Below, in pieces: positions 15,069 to 28,572 of a DNA stretch of 64,000 nucleotides. Position 1 is the stretch's first letter. Every line of letters begins with the position of its first letter. A program made the translations under genes and the position numbers. The notes under the pieces are model-generated. The model saw only the letters and a program-made list of their open reading frames with translations. It was not told where the DNA came from and searched no databases. This DNA is from Eledone cirrhosa. Taxonomy: Eukaryota. The stretch spans positions 110,918,001 through 110,982,000 of the forward strand of contig OZ024742.1 of assembly GCA_964016885.1 (NCBI GenBank). The letters run 5' to 3'.

Positions 15069-15350
15069 TCCTGTGTCAGTGTTGAACAAAAAGGTGACGT
15101 GGTTCCCTAAACACTGTACGGCGTAATTCGGGCTGTTTGTTTGTTTACAAACAAACAAACCGAGCATTATAATAAATGTTCGGTAAACCGATACGTGCAT
15201 ATATATATGTGTGCATGTATGTATATATATATACATAGTACTGTATGTCTGTATACATATATGTATGTACGTATACATACATACTTACATTTAAGTAAGT
15301 GCCGTCTAAGAGTGAGAAATGAAATTTCGTTTCATTCTATTCCATTTATC

Positions 15351-16060
15351 CTTGCCCTTGTGTTGGCATGTAAACAGAACTGCAGACACTAATGCTTCTG
15401 GGTATCATCCCTCATCAGTACAGCTCACTGTTCACCTGCCAACTGTCAGAGCTAGTGAAAATATATGCTATTTTCTAAAATATACAGTGACTGATCAGCC
15501 TGATTTACATATTAGCAGACTGGCTGATCAGTCATATCTGCATATTAGCAGATCCACTGATCAGCCAGATTTGCATGTCAGCAGACTGGCCAATCAGTTT
15601 CCTGTGTACGAGCGATGAATGGCCGGCTTCGAAAAACTCAGATTACATTTATTGTATTCAGCCATGTAGAGCGAAATCTTTTTTATTGAATGTGGCAAAG
15701 CCGGCCATTGATCGCTCGTATACAGGAAACTGACTGGCCAGTCTGCTGACATGCAAATCTGGCTGATCAGTGGATCTGCTAATATGCAGATATGACTGAT
15801 CAGCCAGTCTGCTAATATACAGATCAGGCCGATCAGTCACTGTATATTTTAGAAAATAGCATATATTTTCACTAGCTCTGAGAGTTGGAAGGTGAACAGT
15901 GAGCTGTACTGATGAGGGGTGATACCCAGAAACATTAGTGTCTGCAGTTCTGTTTACATGCCAACACAAGAGCAAGAATGAGGGGATCATTCTACTGACA
16001 TGGCTTTAAAAATGAGGCTTGTTTGCATAATTGCAAACGAATCGAATATTATTATTAATA
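15351..16060 (+). mobile_element. PLE pseudo-LTR fold-back (family D), ~280-bp arms
   Basis: Inverted arms 15351-15629 / 15698-15976 with internal ~30-bp subrepeats; an HHR motif in each arm pointing outward; right boundary uncertain. Confidence 0.75.
15903..15948 (+). ncRNA. Type I hammerhead with GUC cleavage triplet
   Basis: gctgta-CTGATGA-g-gggt(gat)accc-a-GAAA-cattagtg-TC-tgcagt; mirror copy 15379-15424 (-) has GAAG instead of GAAA. Confidence 0.85.
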
Positions 16061-16303
16061 TTCGAAAAACTCAGATTACATTTATTGTATTCAGTCATGT
16101 AGAAATAAAAATGTCTGATAAATTCACAGGAAATAAATAGAAAATTCGTGACATAACCGATTTCCAATCGCCAATTAAGCAGTAATCTCCAGAACCATGT
16201 AACATTTTCTGATGATTAGATTAATGAACTAAATATCGAAATAAATGAAAATCCAATCTGAGGGAGAAACATAACTCATTACATTGTGCATGTATTACAT
16301 GTA

Positions 16304-16413
<110 letters not shown>

Positions 16414-16453
16414 TTGTTTGTGTGTGTATGCGCGTCTGTATATATATATATAT

Positions 16454-16856
16454 AAAGAAAAAGAGATGAAATCGAAAATGCAACTGGAGTCTTACTTTTT
16501 TTAAAAATATATATATTTATTTAGTTCCTTTACCGGTTTCGCAGTTCTTCTGCTTTTCAAAAGGTGAGTTGAGATGGAGGGTCTGTGGTTTTTCTCACAG
16601 ATGTGAGATGGAGGGTCTGTGGTTTTTCTCACAGATGTGAGAAAAACCACAGACCCTCCATCTCAACTCACCTTTTGAAAAGCAGAAGAACTGCGAAACC
16701 GGTAAAGGAACCAAATAAATATATATATTTAGAAAAAAAAAAAAAAAAAAATAAGACTCCAGTTGCATTTTCGATTTCATCTCTTTTTCTTTATACTTTC
16801 ACTCGTGTAGGACACCTCGGTTATTTTTCATTTTGTAAAAAAAACCTCACTTTCTA
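16454..16856 (+). mobile_element. PLE pseudo-LTR fold-back (family E) in (TA)n
   Basis: Arms ~16454-16630 / ~16635-16795, 34-nt tandem duplication at the apex, ~60-nt extension; 3' half of an HHR (cGAAA-ccgg-TA) followed by AATAAA. Confidence 0.75.
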
Positions 16857-16904
16857 ATATATATATATAGATATATATATATATAGATATATATATAGAT
16901 ATAG

Positions 16905-16947
<43 letters not shown>

Positions 16948-16959
16948 CTTATATCTACA

Positions 16960-17037
<78 letters not shown>

Positions 17038-17342
17038 CATGCGCACTTCAGTAACGCTTTATTTTATAGTTCAAGCAAATCTTTAAATTTTAATCCACCA
17101 ATGTATCTGAGAAGTAACAAATCACTCAAACTGCCTTGAAAGAGCCATCATGAGTTCACCATTTAATAATTCATCATTATAATCGTTTTTTGTTAATATT
17201 GTTTTTCTAATGCTATTATTATAAACTTCTTTGTCATCATCAGATTATCACGATAATAATGATTTACATCATCTTAATATTTAATCAATTCTATTTCAGA
17301 ACTCATCGTTTCATTATCATCGTCATTATTGCTATTTCTATC

Positions 17343-17750
17343 AGGGCGGTGGATTGGCAGAACCGGTAGAGGGTCGGACGCCATGCTTTGAAGCATAGTT
17401 AAGTCCCTTTCAGAACTGAGTGCAAATCCTGCCGAGGTTAACTTTGCTTTTCATCCTTACAAAGTCGATAAAATAAAGTACTGAGGTCGATTTAATCGAC
17501 TTTCCCCTCCCCCAAAATTACTGCCTTATGCCTATATAAGAAACTATTATTACTATTACTATTAGGGTGGGAGATTGGTAGTATCGTTAGACAATATGCT
17601 TCGCGGCCTAGAGTTACGGTCGTTTATGTTCTGAATTCAAATTCCGGCGAAGTTAGCTTGGCCTTTCACCCTTACAGGTGCGATAATATAAGGTACTTGA
17701 TTTAATCCACTTCCCCTGCACCACGTCCTTGTGCCTAAACCAGAAACATA
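17343..17750 (+). mobile_element. Two SINE family 1 copies
   Basis: gggcggtggattggcag... heads at ~17344 and ~17564, Deu/Nin-like core. Confidence 0.8.
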
Positions 17751-17949
17751 TTGCTATCCCCTGATGCAATTAGACATTTCCAAGGTACCACGTATACTGT
17801 CTTACATGGATATATACTGTCTTACTTGTGGAGGCCCTTTTATGTGGCCGGGTGGCGGGATCATCATCTTCCCCAAAAGCGTAAGTAACCCATTATCACT
17901 TTTCTTCTCTTTATCTGACATGGCTCTTCTCGTAAAAAGACAGTAAATA

Positions 17950-18580
17950 TGCATATGGCCTGCGTTGTCATGTTAGCTAGCCCACTCAACGACAAAATCT
18001 ATGCACAGGTCACTGGGGTTGAAGTCGCTGTGTTCTTTCAGAAAGGCTTAGATCTCATGATACAGATCGTCTTCTTGAATCCAGCAGTTAAGTTGGTAGT
18101 ACTGGACGTGCCCAGCATCGGAGAGCACGTATCAGGGCTAGTGGCTGCCAAGGGGCCTATAGAGGCAGGACGTCCTTATTTCTTTAGACGTCTGGAGAAC
18201 TTTCTAAGAACGTCCTCTCCTTAGTGTCAATGTGTGACTGGAACATATTCTTAGATGCAACTGGGAGTATGTAGGACTAACAGAGGAGGAGAATGTAACA
18301 GTCTTACACGCCTGCTGAGACTTTGTAATCTGTCTAACAGGTTCAGACTGGATTTCCCGCAGCAGCCAATTTGGACATGGTCAAACCGCATCGGGTTATC
18401 CAAATCGTACGTAGATAGCCTATTTTGTAGGAAAGTAGATAAGGCAAGAATAGGGTTTCCACATTTCAAAGTAGGCGACTATACGGACCACAAATATGTG
18501 ATCAGTATGGTCGACTTAGAAAGGCTTCATAGACATGGAACCTGTAACTGGAACCTAACGGCGTCGTTTCCGACGCGCAA
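17950..18580 (+). pseudogene. Tx1/L1-like apurinic endonuclease fragment
   Basis: KLVVLDV...FFRRLENFL; WTWSNRIGLSKSYVD...TDHKYV...GTCNWNL resembling the APE motifs WTW/SYID/SDH/GYWKFN. Confidence 0.7.
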
Positions 18581-18999
18581 AAATGACAAGAACCAGATTA
18601 GTGAATTAAATAATCAGCCGTTGACAGAGGCAATTGTCAAGAACAGTTGCTGGTTCTCCATGAAAACGAAAATTAGAGTAGAAGTGATGAGGTCTAGTAG
18701 TGATAGAAACAACTAGACTAGAGGTAGAACTAGATAGAAAGTGTAGAAGTGGCCATTTGGAAAGGCATCGCAGCCGACGACAATAACAATTACACCAATA
18801 ACGATTACGACAATAAAAACAACAGCAGCAGCAACAACGGCAATTACAACAACAACAGCATAAAAAACAACGGCAAATACATCAACAGCAGCAACAACAA
18901 AAACAACAGAAACAGCAATAACAACTCACTGAAATATTTAATTTGCATTTAAGTAGGTAAAAGTGAAGAAAACCTGGGCCAACATAAATTTCCCGCTTG

Positions 19000-19900
19000 A
19001 GGTGTTAGCAGTAACAGGGAGACATACTCTAATATATCTATGTATTAGCATTAAGTCCAAAAAGCCAGAGCTGACCCCACCATCCCATCTCTGAGAAGCT
19101 TAATGCCAGACATTCAACACGTTGCAAGGGCCAAGCAATTTGGGAAATTCTCGGTGCTCTTCAATACCGACACTCTGTCAAAAAAGTACTTCATGTGCTC
19201 CTGCAAAACGGCCCAGTTTTCCTCTCACATGGCAAGAAGGAAACTAAAGATCCACATTGCTGGGATCTCACCAGAAATAGACATGTGATGGATCTTAGCA
19301 TGGATAGTCCTTGAAGGAAATGAAATGCCCCTTGAGGTAAAGAGGACCCGAAAGGAGAAATTGACTCGGATCAGTCCGGTGATACTTCTCCAGATCAAAT
19401 CAGAGAATATTGAAAAGATCCCAGACCTCATCTGCCTTACCGGTGGGCTAGAGGTTAGGGTCATCGCTGAAGGCAAAAAGCCCGCTGTCATCGTTGCGGC
19501 AAAACTGGACTTTTAAGAGCTTTTTGCCCTCAATACAACACGGCGAACCACTGCTTTGCCTTACTGCCAATTCTTGAACCTGAACAGCCCTCAACAACAA
19601 GAGCTACAGTGGCATCAACAGCACCAGCAGCAGAAGCAGAAGTAGCATCCAAAACAGCATCAAAACAACCAACATCGCCAACAGAAGCAACTGAACCACC
19701 TCCAACACCAACAGCCACCAACAAAACCATCCAGGGGATCCGTTAGAAAAGCTCCCTCTTTCCAGCACTCTCCGTCTTCTCTAAACAGAATAGCACCCTT
19801 AGACATCCGCACAAACACAAACACAATCCCACCAACATCCAAAACTGACACTGGGACTTCATCATATCGAAGTGAATATGAGGGGGAACATCAAAGCACC
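19000..19900 (+). pseudogene. Tx1-like ORF1 fragment with gag-type zinc knuckle
   Basis: IPDLICLTGGLEVRVIAEG, then frameshifted PRCHRCGKTGLLRAFCP at ~19480-19530, followed by a low-complexity P/T/A/Q region. Confidence 0.65.
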
Positions 19901-20032
19901 AAAAGAAAACAACACAAAAAAACATCTGGCATCAAATACACACAGTCACACTCACACACACAGACAGACATCCTATCCCAGGGAGAGATAGGAAAAGAAA
20001 GAGGGAGAGAGAGTAAGAGAGAGAGAGAGAAT

Positions 20033-20063
<31 letters not shown>

Positions 20064-20199
20064 CAAGAGAGAGTGGGAGAGAGAGAGAAAGAGAGAGAGC
20101 GAGAGAGAGAAATGCAGACACTACACACAACAAACACAGACATCCACAACAACTCAAATTCCACAAACACTTCCACTGCTAACACCAGCAGCTCAATAT

Positions 20200-21600
20200 G
20201 ATCTTTATTCTCGACACGCGTGCACTAGCCCCATTTTTAACGACTTCCGAGGCTGTATCACCTTAAAGCACTATGGCATTCTGCTCGGTGGTCAAAGTCA
20301 ACAGCTATTGGTAGCGTTCCAGATCGCATTCTTGGTCCGTCTTGGATACCTTCTCCTCCCTGCTGTACATACTGACTCTCGAACCTTTACTGCGGAAACT
20401 AGAGCAGTTGTATGGCATCATGCTCGAACAGAGACATGGAAGGACTGTGTGGCCGATGTCACTGTGATGGTGTCGAACACCTAAGAAAGACAACTTCTTA
20501 GATAGGTTGGCGGGCACAAAGATCAACCCGGAAATGTTGGGACGACGGAACGATGAAGTGTATCGGAGTCTTGTTTGATCAAGATCGACCACTGGAGAAC
20601 TAGAAGAAGTTAACGATCAGGGCGGCCACTCATACCAATAAATTTATCGAGAAGAAGCTCTTGTTGAAATGTCGGGCAGTAGCGGAGAGCACGTGCATCG
20701 CACCTGTCATCTATTAATGCCTGACCATCGTGCCTTTCTTCTACCCGTTCCTCAGCAAATTAAAGTACCTACTCTTCAATTTCTTGTGGAAGGGACAGGT
20801 TCCAGTGGTGAGGCGGTTCATCTGCTGCCAACACTCTCTACATAGATGGTCCAAATTTCTGTGGCCGATGATGCATAGACATGCGCTGAGGCTACGGCTT
20901 CCTAAATTATTCCTAAACGGTGAACAGATGTGGACGCAGTTTGCAATACAAGTCTCTCTGCAGCTCGTCTCTTTGACTGAGCTGCGTGGTGGGGGAAACA
21001 AAACCGAGACTGGGCGCCTGGCATTCAGAATGTTGCCAGGCGCTCACTGCCCTTTACTACTTGGACACTGTGGTAGGTAATAAATTCCACTTTAAAATTC
21101 TATAAAAGACGATGTGAGCAATTGCAACGACGTTCTCGGAGAGGCTCTGATTTTCGACGAAATCAAACTGACCAGTTTGTTCTGGAGAACCTTCGAGCCG
21201 GAAACTACGGACAACTTCCAGAAATCCCTTGCTTGGCAGTGCTACTAGGGGGCTCAGATAAACGCTACAGGCACGGAATCGCGGTTCGACGGTCTTGCCG
21301 GAGATGCGCGCAGAGCGACAAAACGGTTTTGCAGACCCTCGTCAAGTGTTTGTGCATTACTGACTCGTGGAGTTGTTTTACAGATATTATCGCTTGAAAG
21401 ACGGATCCCGATATCGATCGAGTCCATCGTGAGGATCGCGCCACCGCCTTCTTTTAGCCGGGACGGAAAGGTATTTTTTTCTCTACCTGGTGGCTCTTGC
21501 GAAAGAGGTTGTGTGGTGAGCAAATCCCTCATCATCTTTTTAAAATTGCAGTTTGAAAGGAAGGTGAGTATGGAGAGGCAAGTGCAATCCCACCCAGTAC
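20200..21600 (+). pseudogene. Tx1/L1-like ORF2 RT and C-terminal fragment
   Basis: Degenerate VR(Q)G..SSLLYILTLEPLLRKLE at ~20335-20405; LFNFLWKG; CRRCAQSDKTVLQTLVKC zinc-finger remnant. Confidence 0.7.
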
Positions 21601-21619
21601 CTTTGCTGATGTTAGCGTC

Positions 21620-21958
21620 GTATTTCATCCTTACTGGGTCAATAAATAAAGTACCAGTAATACACTTGGATCGAGGTAATCGATTTCCCCTTCCACCAAA
21701 ATTGCGAGCTTTGTGCCTATATCAGAGACCACTATTATTGTTATTAAGGGCCGTGGATTGGCAGTATCGGTAGAGCGTCGGACAATTTCTTCGCCGCATA
21801 TGTTTACGTTCTGAGCTCAAATCCCGCCGAGGTTAACTTTGCCTTTCATCCTTATGGGGTCGATAAAATAAAGTACCAGTCACGCATTGGGGTCGATTTA
21901 ATCGACTTTCCCTTCCCCACAAATTACTGGCCTTGTGCCTATATAAGAAACCATTATT
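21620..21958 (+). mobile_element. SINE family 1, one partial and one full copy
   Basis: Consensus match, full copy ~21747-21958. Confidence 0.8.
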
Positions 21959-24249
21959 AATTTCCTTATTATTAATGTTGTAGTATTATAAATAACATTT
22001 ATATTATTAATATTATGTTGAATGTTGGCATTGTCAAAATCAAATTAACTTAGGTCATCTAATCTTAAAAATTGTTTTCCCAGTTTTCACTGTGATTAAT
22101 GACCAATGGCTTTGGATTATTTATGATCCACTTTGTTTCGCAGCATGGAGGCTAGCTTCTTCTTTCTAGTTATTATGAACTTATTTTTTGCCGTCAATTG
22201 TATTTCTATTCCGTGTTGAACATCATGACACCAGAAGTGATTAATGGGGTGTTCCTTTGTAACAATATTAGAAAAGGGAAAAATCATTTATCGCCTCATT
22301 CAAAGATTTTTCGTAGTCAAAAACTGACTTAAGCAAAACAGGCCATAAAACATAATAAGTAATGTCATTTATAGTTAAGCATTGAAAAGCACAAGATTTA
22401 GCTGTGAATGCGTTAATTCGAGTATGATGAACAAACAGCAGTACGAACTTCAACAAAAAGGTGATTCTTTCTAAATTTAAGGATCACAGAGAAAGAAACA
22501 CTACATATGATCAAATCCCAGAAATTAAGTGCATGCATGAAATGAATTATATCCTTAAATGTGCAAAGATGAAAATAACATACACAACCTTGTAAATAGC
22601 AAGCAATACTTTTATATGTTCTCTAAAGTGAGCCTTGATTGATATTTAGCCAAATGTGTGCACCATGGACAAAGAATATGAAAGCGGATATCTGTTGGTT
22701 AAGGTTTCCGATAAGAGGGAGGCAGGAATCGTATGCTGTCTAGAGAATGACATCCGAATGTCATGGCCAGATACGCTGTACTGATTTGAACCAACGGGTC
22801 ATTATCATTTATCATAACACAATGCGGTCAATAGTGAGACAATGCAGTTACGGTGTTTTCTATGGATCTCCATGTTATCACGATCTACGAAGGTCGCAAA
22901 GCTCTTCCGGAAATATTCACCATTTTGGAAGCTGATAATAGATCAGACTGAAGATGAAGTGAAGAAGCCATATTTAATACGCATGAGAGGAAGAACGCTT
23001 TGCGATTCATCTAATAAGAATGGGAAATATAAGAGTAGATGATGGTGGCAGACAACAGTCGTGGACGCAGCGATAGCAAGTTTTAAATGTAAGGAGGAAG
23101 ATCATGAGGCCAGGCAGTGGAATGTTTACATCGAATAAAATGTTAACAGTGTAACTTTATATAAGGAAATATATATAAACAAGTAACTGGAGAAATTCTT
23201 ACAACGGGAATTGTTACGAAGTAAATTACCTGAAATTGAATAGCCTTTCTTTTCGTTTCTATAATTAAGTAAACAGCTTCACTATTTAGACAAAATAGAT
23301 ATATTTGTTTCTTAAAGAGATTTTTGAATTATATAGACTTAAATTTCAGTAATTATTAAGCCATGAAATCTACTGGCCTTACAAAATATGTATAAAATTG
23401 CATTGTAATAAATATTTGAATGGAATTAAATGTAATTACTTGAAATTAATTTCAGTCCTAAAATAATTTGTCTCCATTAATGGATATATTGTAATTACTT
23501 CGTGTGAGATGAAAAAAAAGTAGTTAATTGTGTGTGAAATATGAATTAATGGTTCCAGGGCAACAACTGTTTTACGAAAACAATTACATTTTTTTCCGCA
23601 TGCTTTTATAAATACATTCTAAAACGTAATGTATGATTTAGGGATGTTTCAATTAACCTACATGGGAACGCGAAAAGATATTTGTTTTTTATAGATAAAC
23701 CGATTATCTTTTAAATAAAAATATTTAAAAAATGAGAACTATAACACTACATACAATTTAATTAACATTTAAAATTGTTTTACTAGTTTGATTTTAAAAA
23801 AAAGTAATCTTAGATCGGATTAATAAGCTTGATGTAAATATATATTCACTGTTTATTTAAATAGATTAAACGTTATGTTTAAATTGAAAATATTTAAAAG
23901 TCGAAACATAACTATCAACAACAAGCGGTGCAATTCTATAAAACACAATTATGTAATTTTAATGATAATATCGTTATAATAAGTAAGTCTGAGTATAGAG
24001 ATAAAATAACTTTGATCTCGGTATTCTGTAAATATTATCTTAAATAAAATATAAATATTTAAATATTTAAATAAAATATAAAATATACATAAGGATGGGG
24101 AGGGAGAGAATGAGTGGAAAGTAGGCTTTGAGTGATCGTTAAGCACACACATACACACTCACACAGGCACACACAAACACACACATACACCGACGCAGAC
24201 ACATGGGCACACACACAAATACGTACCCACCCATATATAATTTTTTTTT

Positions 24250-24940
24250 GGCAGAACTCTTCTGCTGGCCAACGGGTCGTAGGTAGTGGATAACGATACT
24301 GTCACCATATATTATGGTCAGTTGTGATAAATGCGGACCCTTCTGTAAGAATAAACATCCCCCGATAAACAGCGGTAAAGAAGTTGGGGAGATGTAGCAA
24401 TGGTTGACACTGTTAGCTCCAAGGGAAACACCCACAGCCCAATAATATAGTTTCGACGAGGCGAGTAAAGGCTGCCTCTAAATTGCCTAGACATAAATGG
24501 TCAGAAAAAAGAAGCAGATTGTTGAGAGGCACAAATAAAGCTCCCAAAATATTGCAATATGGCAGGATAGAGTAAAGACATCCATACCAATTGTCCTTCG
24601 CATGATATAAAAGAGGATGTGTTCAGGTTTTATGTTAAGGGGCCTGTTCGAAAACTTTATTGCAGTCTCCATCCAATGATAAAAGAACTAACGATGGTCC
24701 TGCGACCTATATAGGGAGGTGTGGGATTGTAACACAGAGGTTACATAGCCCGAGAGCCCAGAGGCATTCTTGAAGGAGGTAGATCTTGATAGTTATTAAG
24801 TGGAACCTTTAATGATACGGAGCAGCAAGTAGTGGAGGAGGCCTGATGTTACGATTACATATGCCACGAGTAAACGAACTCGGTACACAGCGTGGAGTAG
24901 TTGGCGTCAGGAAAAGCACGCAGACGTAGAACTCATACAA
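24250..24940 (-). pseudogene. Possible highly decayed PLE RT fragment
   Basis: GMDVFTLSCHI (cf. TMDVxSLYTNI), CFFF and MGVSLG (cf. GVAMG) in the expected order. Confidence 0.35.
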
Positions 24941-24949
24941 AAATGGAAC

Positions 24950-24986
<37 letters not shown>

Positions 24987-26488
24987 ATCATTATCTTTTT
25001 ACACATACACATGTATTTAGACGCACACCTTAACACACACACTCCTGTGCACACTCATACATATCATTCTACAAATCTTTTTTTATACGTATATAATGAT
25101 TTAATAACGACTCCTTTTGAAATATATGCCCGTGACGCATTTGAACAAATCTGTTGGTTTTTCATAATCTGTTCATAACTTGTTATCTACTGCCTGCATT
25201 CTTATATGTACTGATGAAGAGATATACTTCCCTTTTCAATCACTTGCAATGTTGATTATTATATTTGCTTAATTCCAAATTCCTAACTTTCTATCTGATT
25301 GAAGTCGAGAAATGTTGGAAGTTGTTTGAATTTGCACTTTTACGTAAATATCTCTTACGTTCTCACTCTCGTGTATATACGCGCATACTCAGATACACGC
25401 ATGTACAGTACGTATAGCATGTATACACATGCACACACACGCACATACATAAATATACATACACACACACACACACACATATATATATATGCACTCATAC
25501 ATACTACTATTTATACAGCCATACACCTTGTAAATCCTTTGTAATTTCTGCAAAGAGATGTTCAGATTACGAGAAGTGATATTTCTAAGTAAGTATTACA
25601 TTTTATGCCGATAATTCATACAAGAAAAAATAATTGTGTTTCAATCACCAGCTCCTTGTCACACATAGCACCATCTTGGTATTATCGACAACAGCAACAA
25701 CCGCCGAGGACTCTATAGTTGCGTTGATCTTTATAATAGAATCACTGTGTGGGTTGTCGAATGGGTCTCTACCCACATGTATAGCCACTCAATATTCTTC
25801 ACCATAGGACAAAGGCTATAGATAACTGATTGAGAAGGTTTACTGTGTTACCTTAAGAGGAAAGTGCAGGTATATAATTGTATATATGAATATACATACA
25901 TACATATAATACATACATACACACACAAACACAAAGAAATACACACACATACATTTATACATATATCATAGTAGGTGTTTGATGTATGTATGTGTGCCTA
26001 TGTATTCGACAATGTTGTAGATAATATTTCATACTACGATGATTTAGTTCTGGAAACCTGGATTTCATTTTTCGAACTATCAATGTCATAATACATTGCA
26101 CTCAAGTTGATGTCATTTGCACAAGTATAGATTTTAAGGAATGATAGAAGGAAATACTGTTTATTAGGAGAGGTTGAATGTAGATGGGGCTAGATGTCAG
26201 AATAGTGCGATAACTCAGAAAATGACACAGGTCAGAAATGACAGTATGAATATAAGATTGAATGATATAACATTAAACTAAGACAAACCTTCAAAATATA
26301 ATATTGTAAAATAAATCGAAGATGTATAAAGCCACATACACACAGTTAACATGTATTAGCGGGTGATATACTGTGACAGAGTGTAATTTATACTAACTAG
26401 CTGACGTACCCATTTACTTGAAATGGTTTATACAAATGCCAAAATAATATGGATATGGATAACATGCTTATCTATAAGTGGTCAGCTA

Positions 26489-26565
26489 TAATAATTGTTT
26501 CTACTTTAGGCACAAGGCCAGCAATTACTCAGTGCATTACTGGTACTTTATTTTATCGACCCCGC
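26489..26565 (-). mobile_element. Partial SINE family 1 inside Helitron 3' UTR
   Basis: 3' third of the SINE consensus. Confidence 0.7.
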
Positions 26566-26956
26566 TATAATAATAAAACAACACATTATATGACACAAAC
26601 ATTTATTCAGTAATTTCCAGGCTCTTAGCCACTGAGTAATAGACAGTCAATATTGCCCAGAGTTCAACTGGGGGAGGTCGGCTGATTTCAACTCCAAATG
26701 GCGGATCCTTCTACTTCGAAAATAGAATCGGTTTTCAATATTACTCTAGCCCTGGCCGGTCATAAGCATCAAACGTTTTGCCAGACTCAGCATATGATGA
26801 GGTTTTATTACCACCGTTATCAGAAGCGATAAATTTGAAGGCAATTTCTACCAATACTTGTTTTGTATTGCTCATTATCGACAATAAATGACATTGAACA
26901 GAAATGATAACTCTGTCAAAGCTCATAATACTGATCAAAGGACACCAATGTCTGAA

Positions 26957-28534
26957 TCATTTACGTCGAATATTCATAGCAGTGAAGGAAATTTCTACCA
27001 ATACTTGTTGGTATTTATTGCGCAACATATCAGTGAAAGTAATTTTTACCAATACTCTGTTAGTGGTATCAATTGCAAATTTTATACCATCAGGATCGCA
27101 CACGCGAGATGCAGCAACATACAGTTGCCCATGGCTGAATGCTGGATCATTCAAGTAGACACCGACTCGCTTGAAAGTCTGTCCCTGTGCCTTGTTGACA
27201 GTCATGGAGAAGGCCAAATTGACGAGAAACTGTCTCCTTTGCCAAATAAATGGCAGCAGACCTTCACTTGGTCTCAGCATGATCCTCGGAATGAGAACCG
27301 ATGCTCTCTGCCTGGGAGTTTAGCTTCTAAAACTCTTCCGATAATCAATCTCTCAACAATCAATCTGGTACCATTGCAAAGACCCATTTTATGATTGATA
27401 TTTCTAAGCAATATAATCGGCATACCCTTTTTCAACGTCAAAATAAGTGGGGGGAATCCGGGTATTTGAAATGAATTCAGATACTCAGTCGGAACATCCA
27501 TATTGTTCTGCTGATTAGGCTCCATTGCATCCGCACTGACGGTCAACCATTCCTCTCCAGGAAACATTCCGGCTACTTGTGAATTTATTTCATCGGCCGT
27601 TGCATTCGTATGAGTTAGAATAACGCGTTCCGATATACAGGAGATATTCTGCCAAAAAGCATTCAAATTAGGGAACTCCCAGTCAATCAATGCTTGGCGG
27701 TCCAGTGGCATGACCAAATCGTCTGGGATTCTTACAGTCTGATTATCACCAACGTGTGGCAATTCATCGTTTCCCAACTGCAGCAACCATCGGCCGTATG
27801 TCTCAGCCTCTTCGTTTTTCCCGAACATACGAAGTCGCATAATCGTGTAATCGTAAAACTTTGAAATGGCGCCACAACGGGGACTTTTTCAGACATGCAT
27901 CGACAATTTGCGCTCTTTGAGCATTCCTAACAATTGGTAGCACCTGTCTGAAATCGCCACCAAAAGCGATAATCTTACCACCGAATGGCAGGTCACTACC
28001 GCAGATATCTCTCAAAGTTCTGTCCAATGCCTCCAGCAAATATCTGTGTGCCATTGGGACCTCGTTCCAAATAATCAGAGACGTATTGCGGTTAAGGCCC
28101 GCGAGTTCACTTTGTCCTCTAATGTTACAGACACTCAACTCATTCGGAGCCAATGGAGCATTGAAGCATGAGTGGAAGGTCCTTCCACCACTCAGCAAAG
28201 TGGCAGCGATCCCACTGGTGGCCACAGGGAGAGCAATCTTCCCCTGAGATCTGACTGCCGATAACAAAGTGTTGAAACAGAATGTATTTCCGGTGCCTCC
28301 TGGAGCATCTATGAAAGCACAAAGCTGCTCATTAGTGGAAATCGAGCAGAGAACGCCATCGCCCAATTCTCCATGAGATTGTGTCAACATTGGTATACCT
28401 TCATCCACAATACGTTGCGGTTCCAGTGGATCACACTGGAATAGTTTCCTCCGTTCGTGTGGCAACCGTCTAAGCTGCAATCTCATGTTCAATGCTAAGA
28501 CACGTTGCCGCATTTCTTCATCAGGAATTGGCAA
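26957..28534 (-). pseudogene. Helitron Pif1-family helicase (three frameshifted pieces)
   Basis: IDAPGGTGNT (Walker A), [59 protein letters not shown]. Confidence 0.93.
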
Positions 28535-28572
28535 ATTGAAATCTGTTAAACATTTGAAATGAACTCAAGCAG

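Noticed and set aside
15351-15976. Interpretation as a DNA-transposon MITE
   Set aside because: No TSD or typical TIR terminus; outward-facing hammerheads fit a PLE fold-back better.
25205-25320. CTGATGA followed distantly by GAAA
   Set aside because: No supporting helices; such words are expected by chance.
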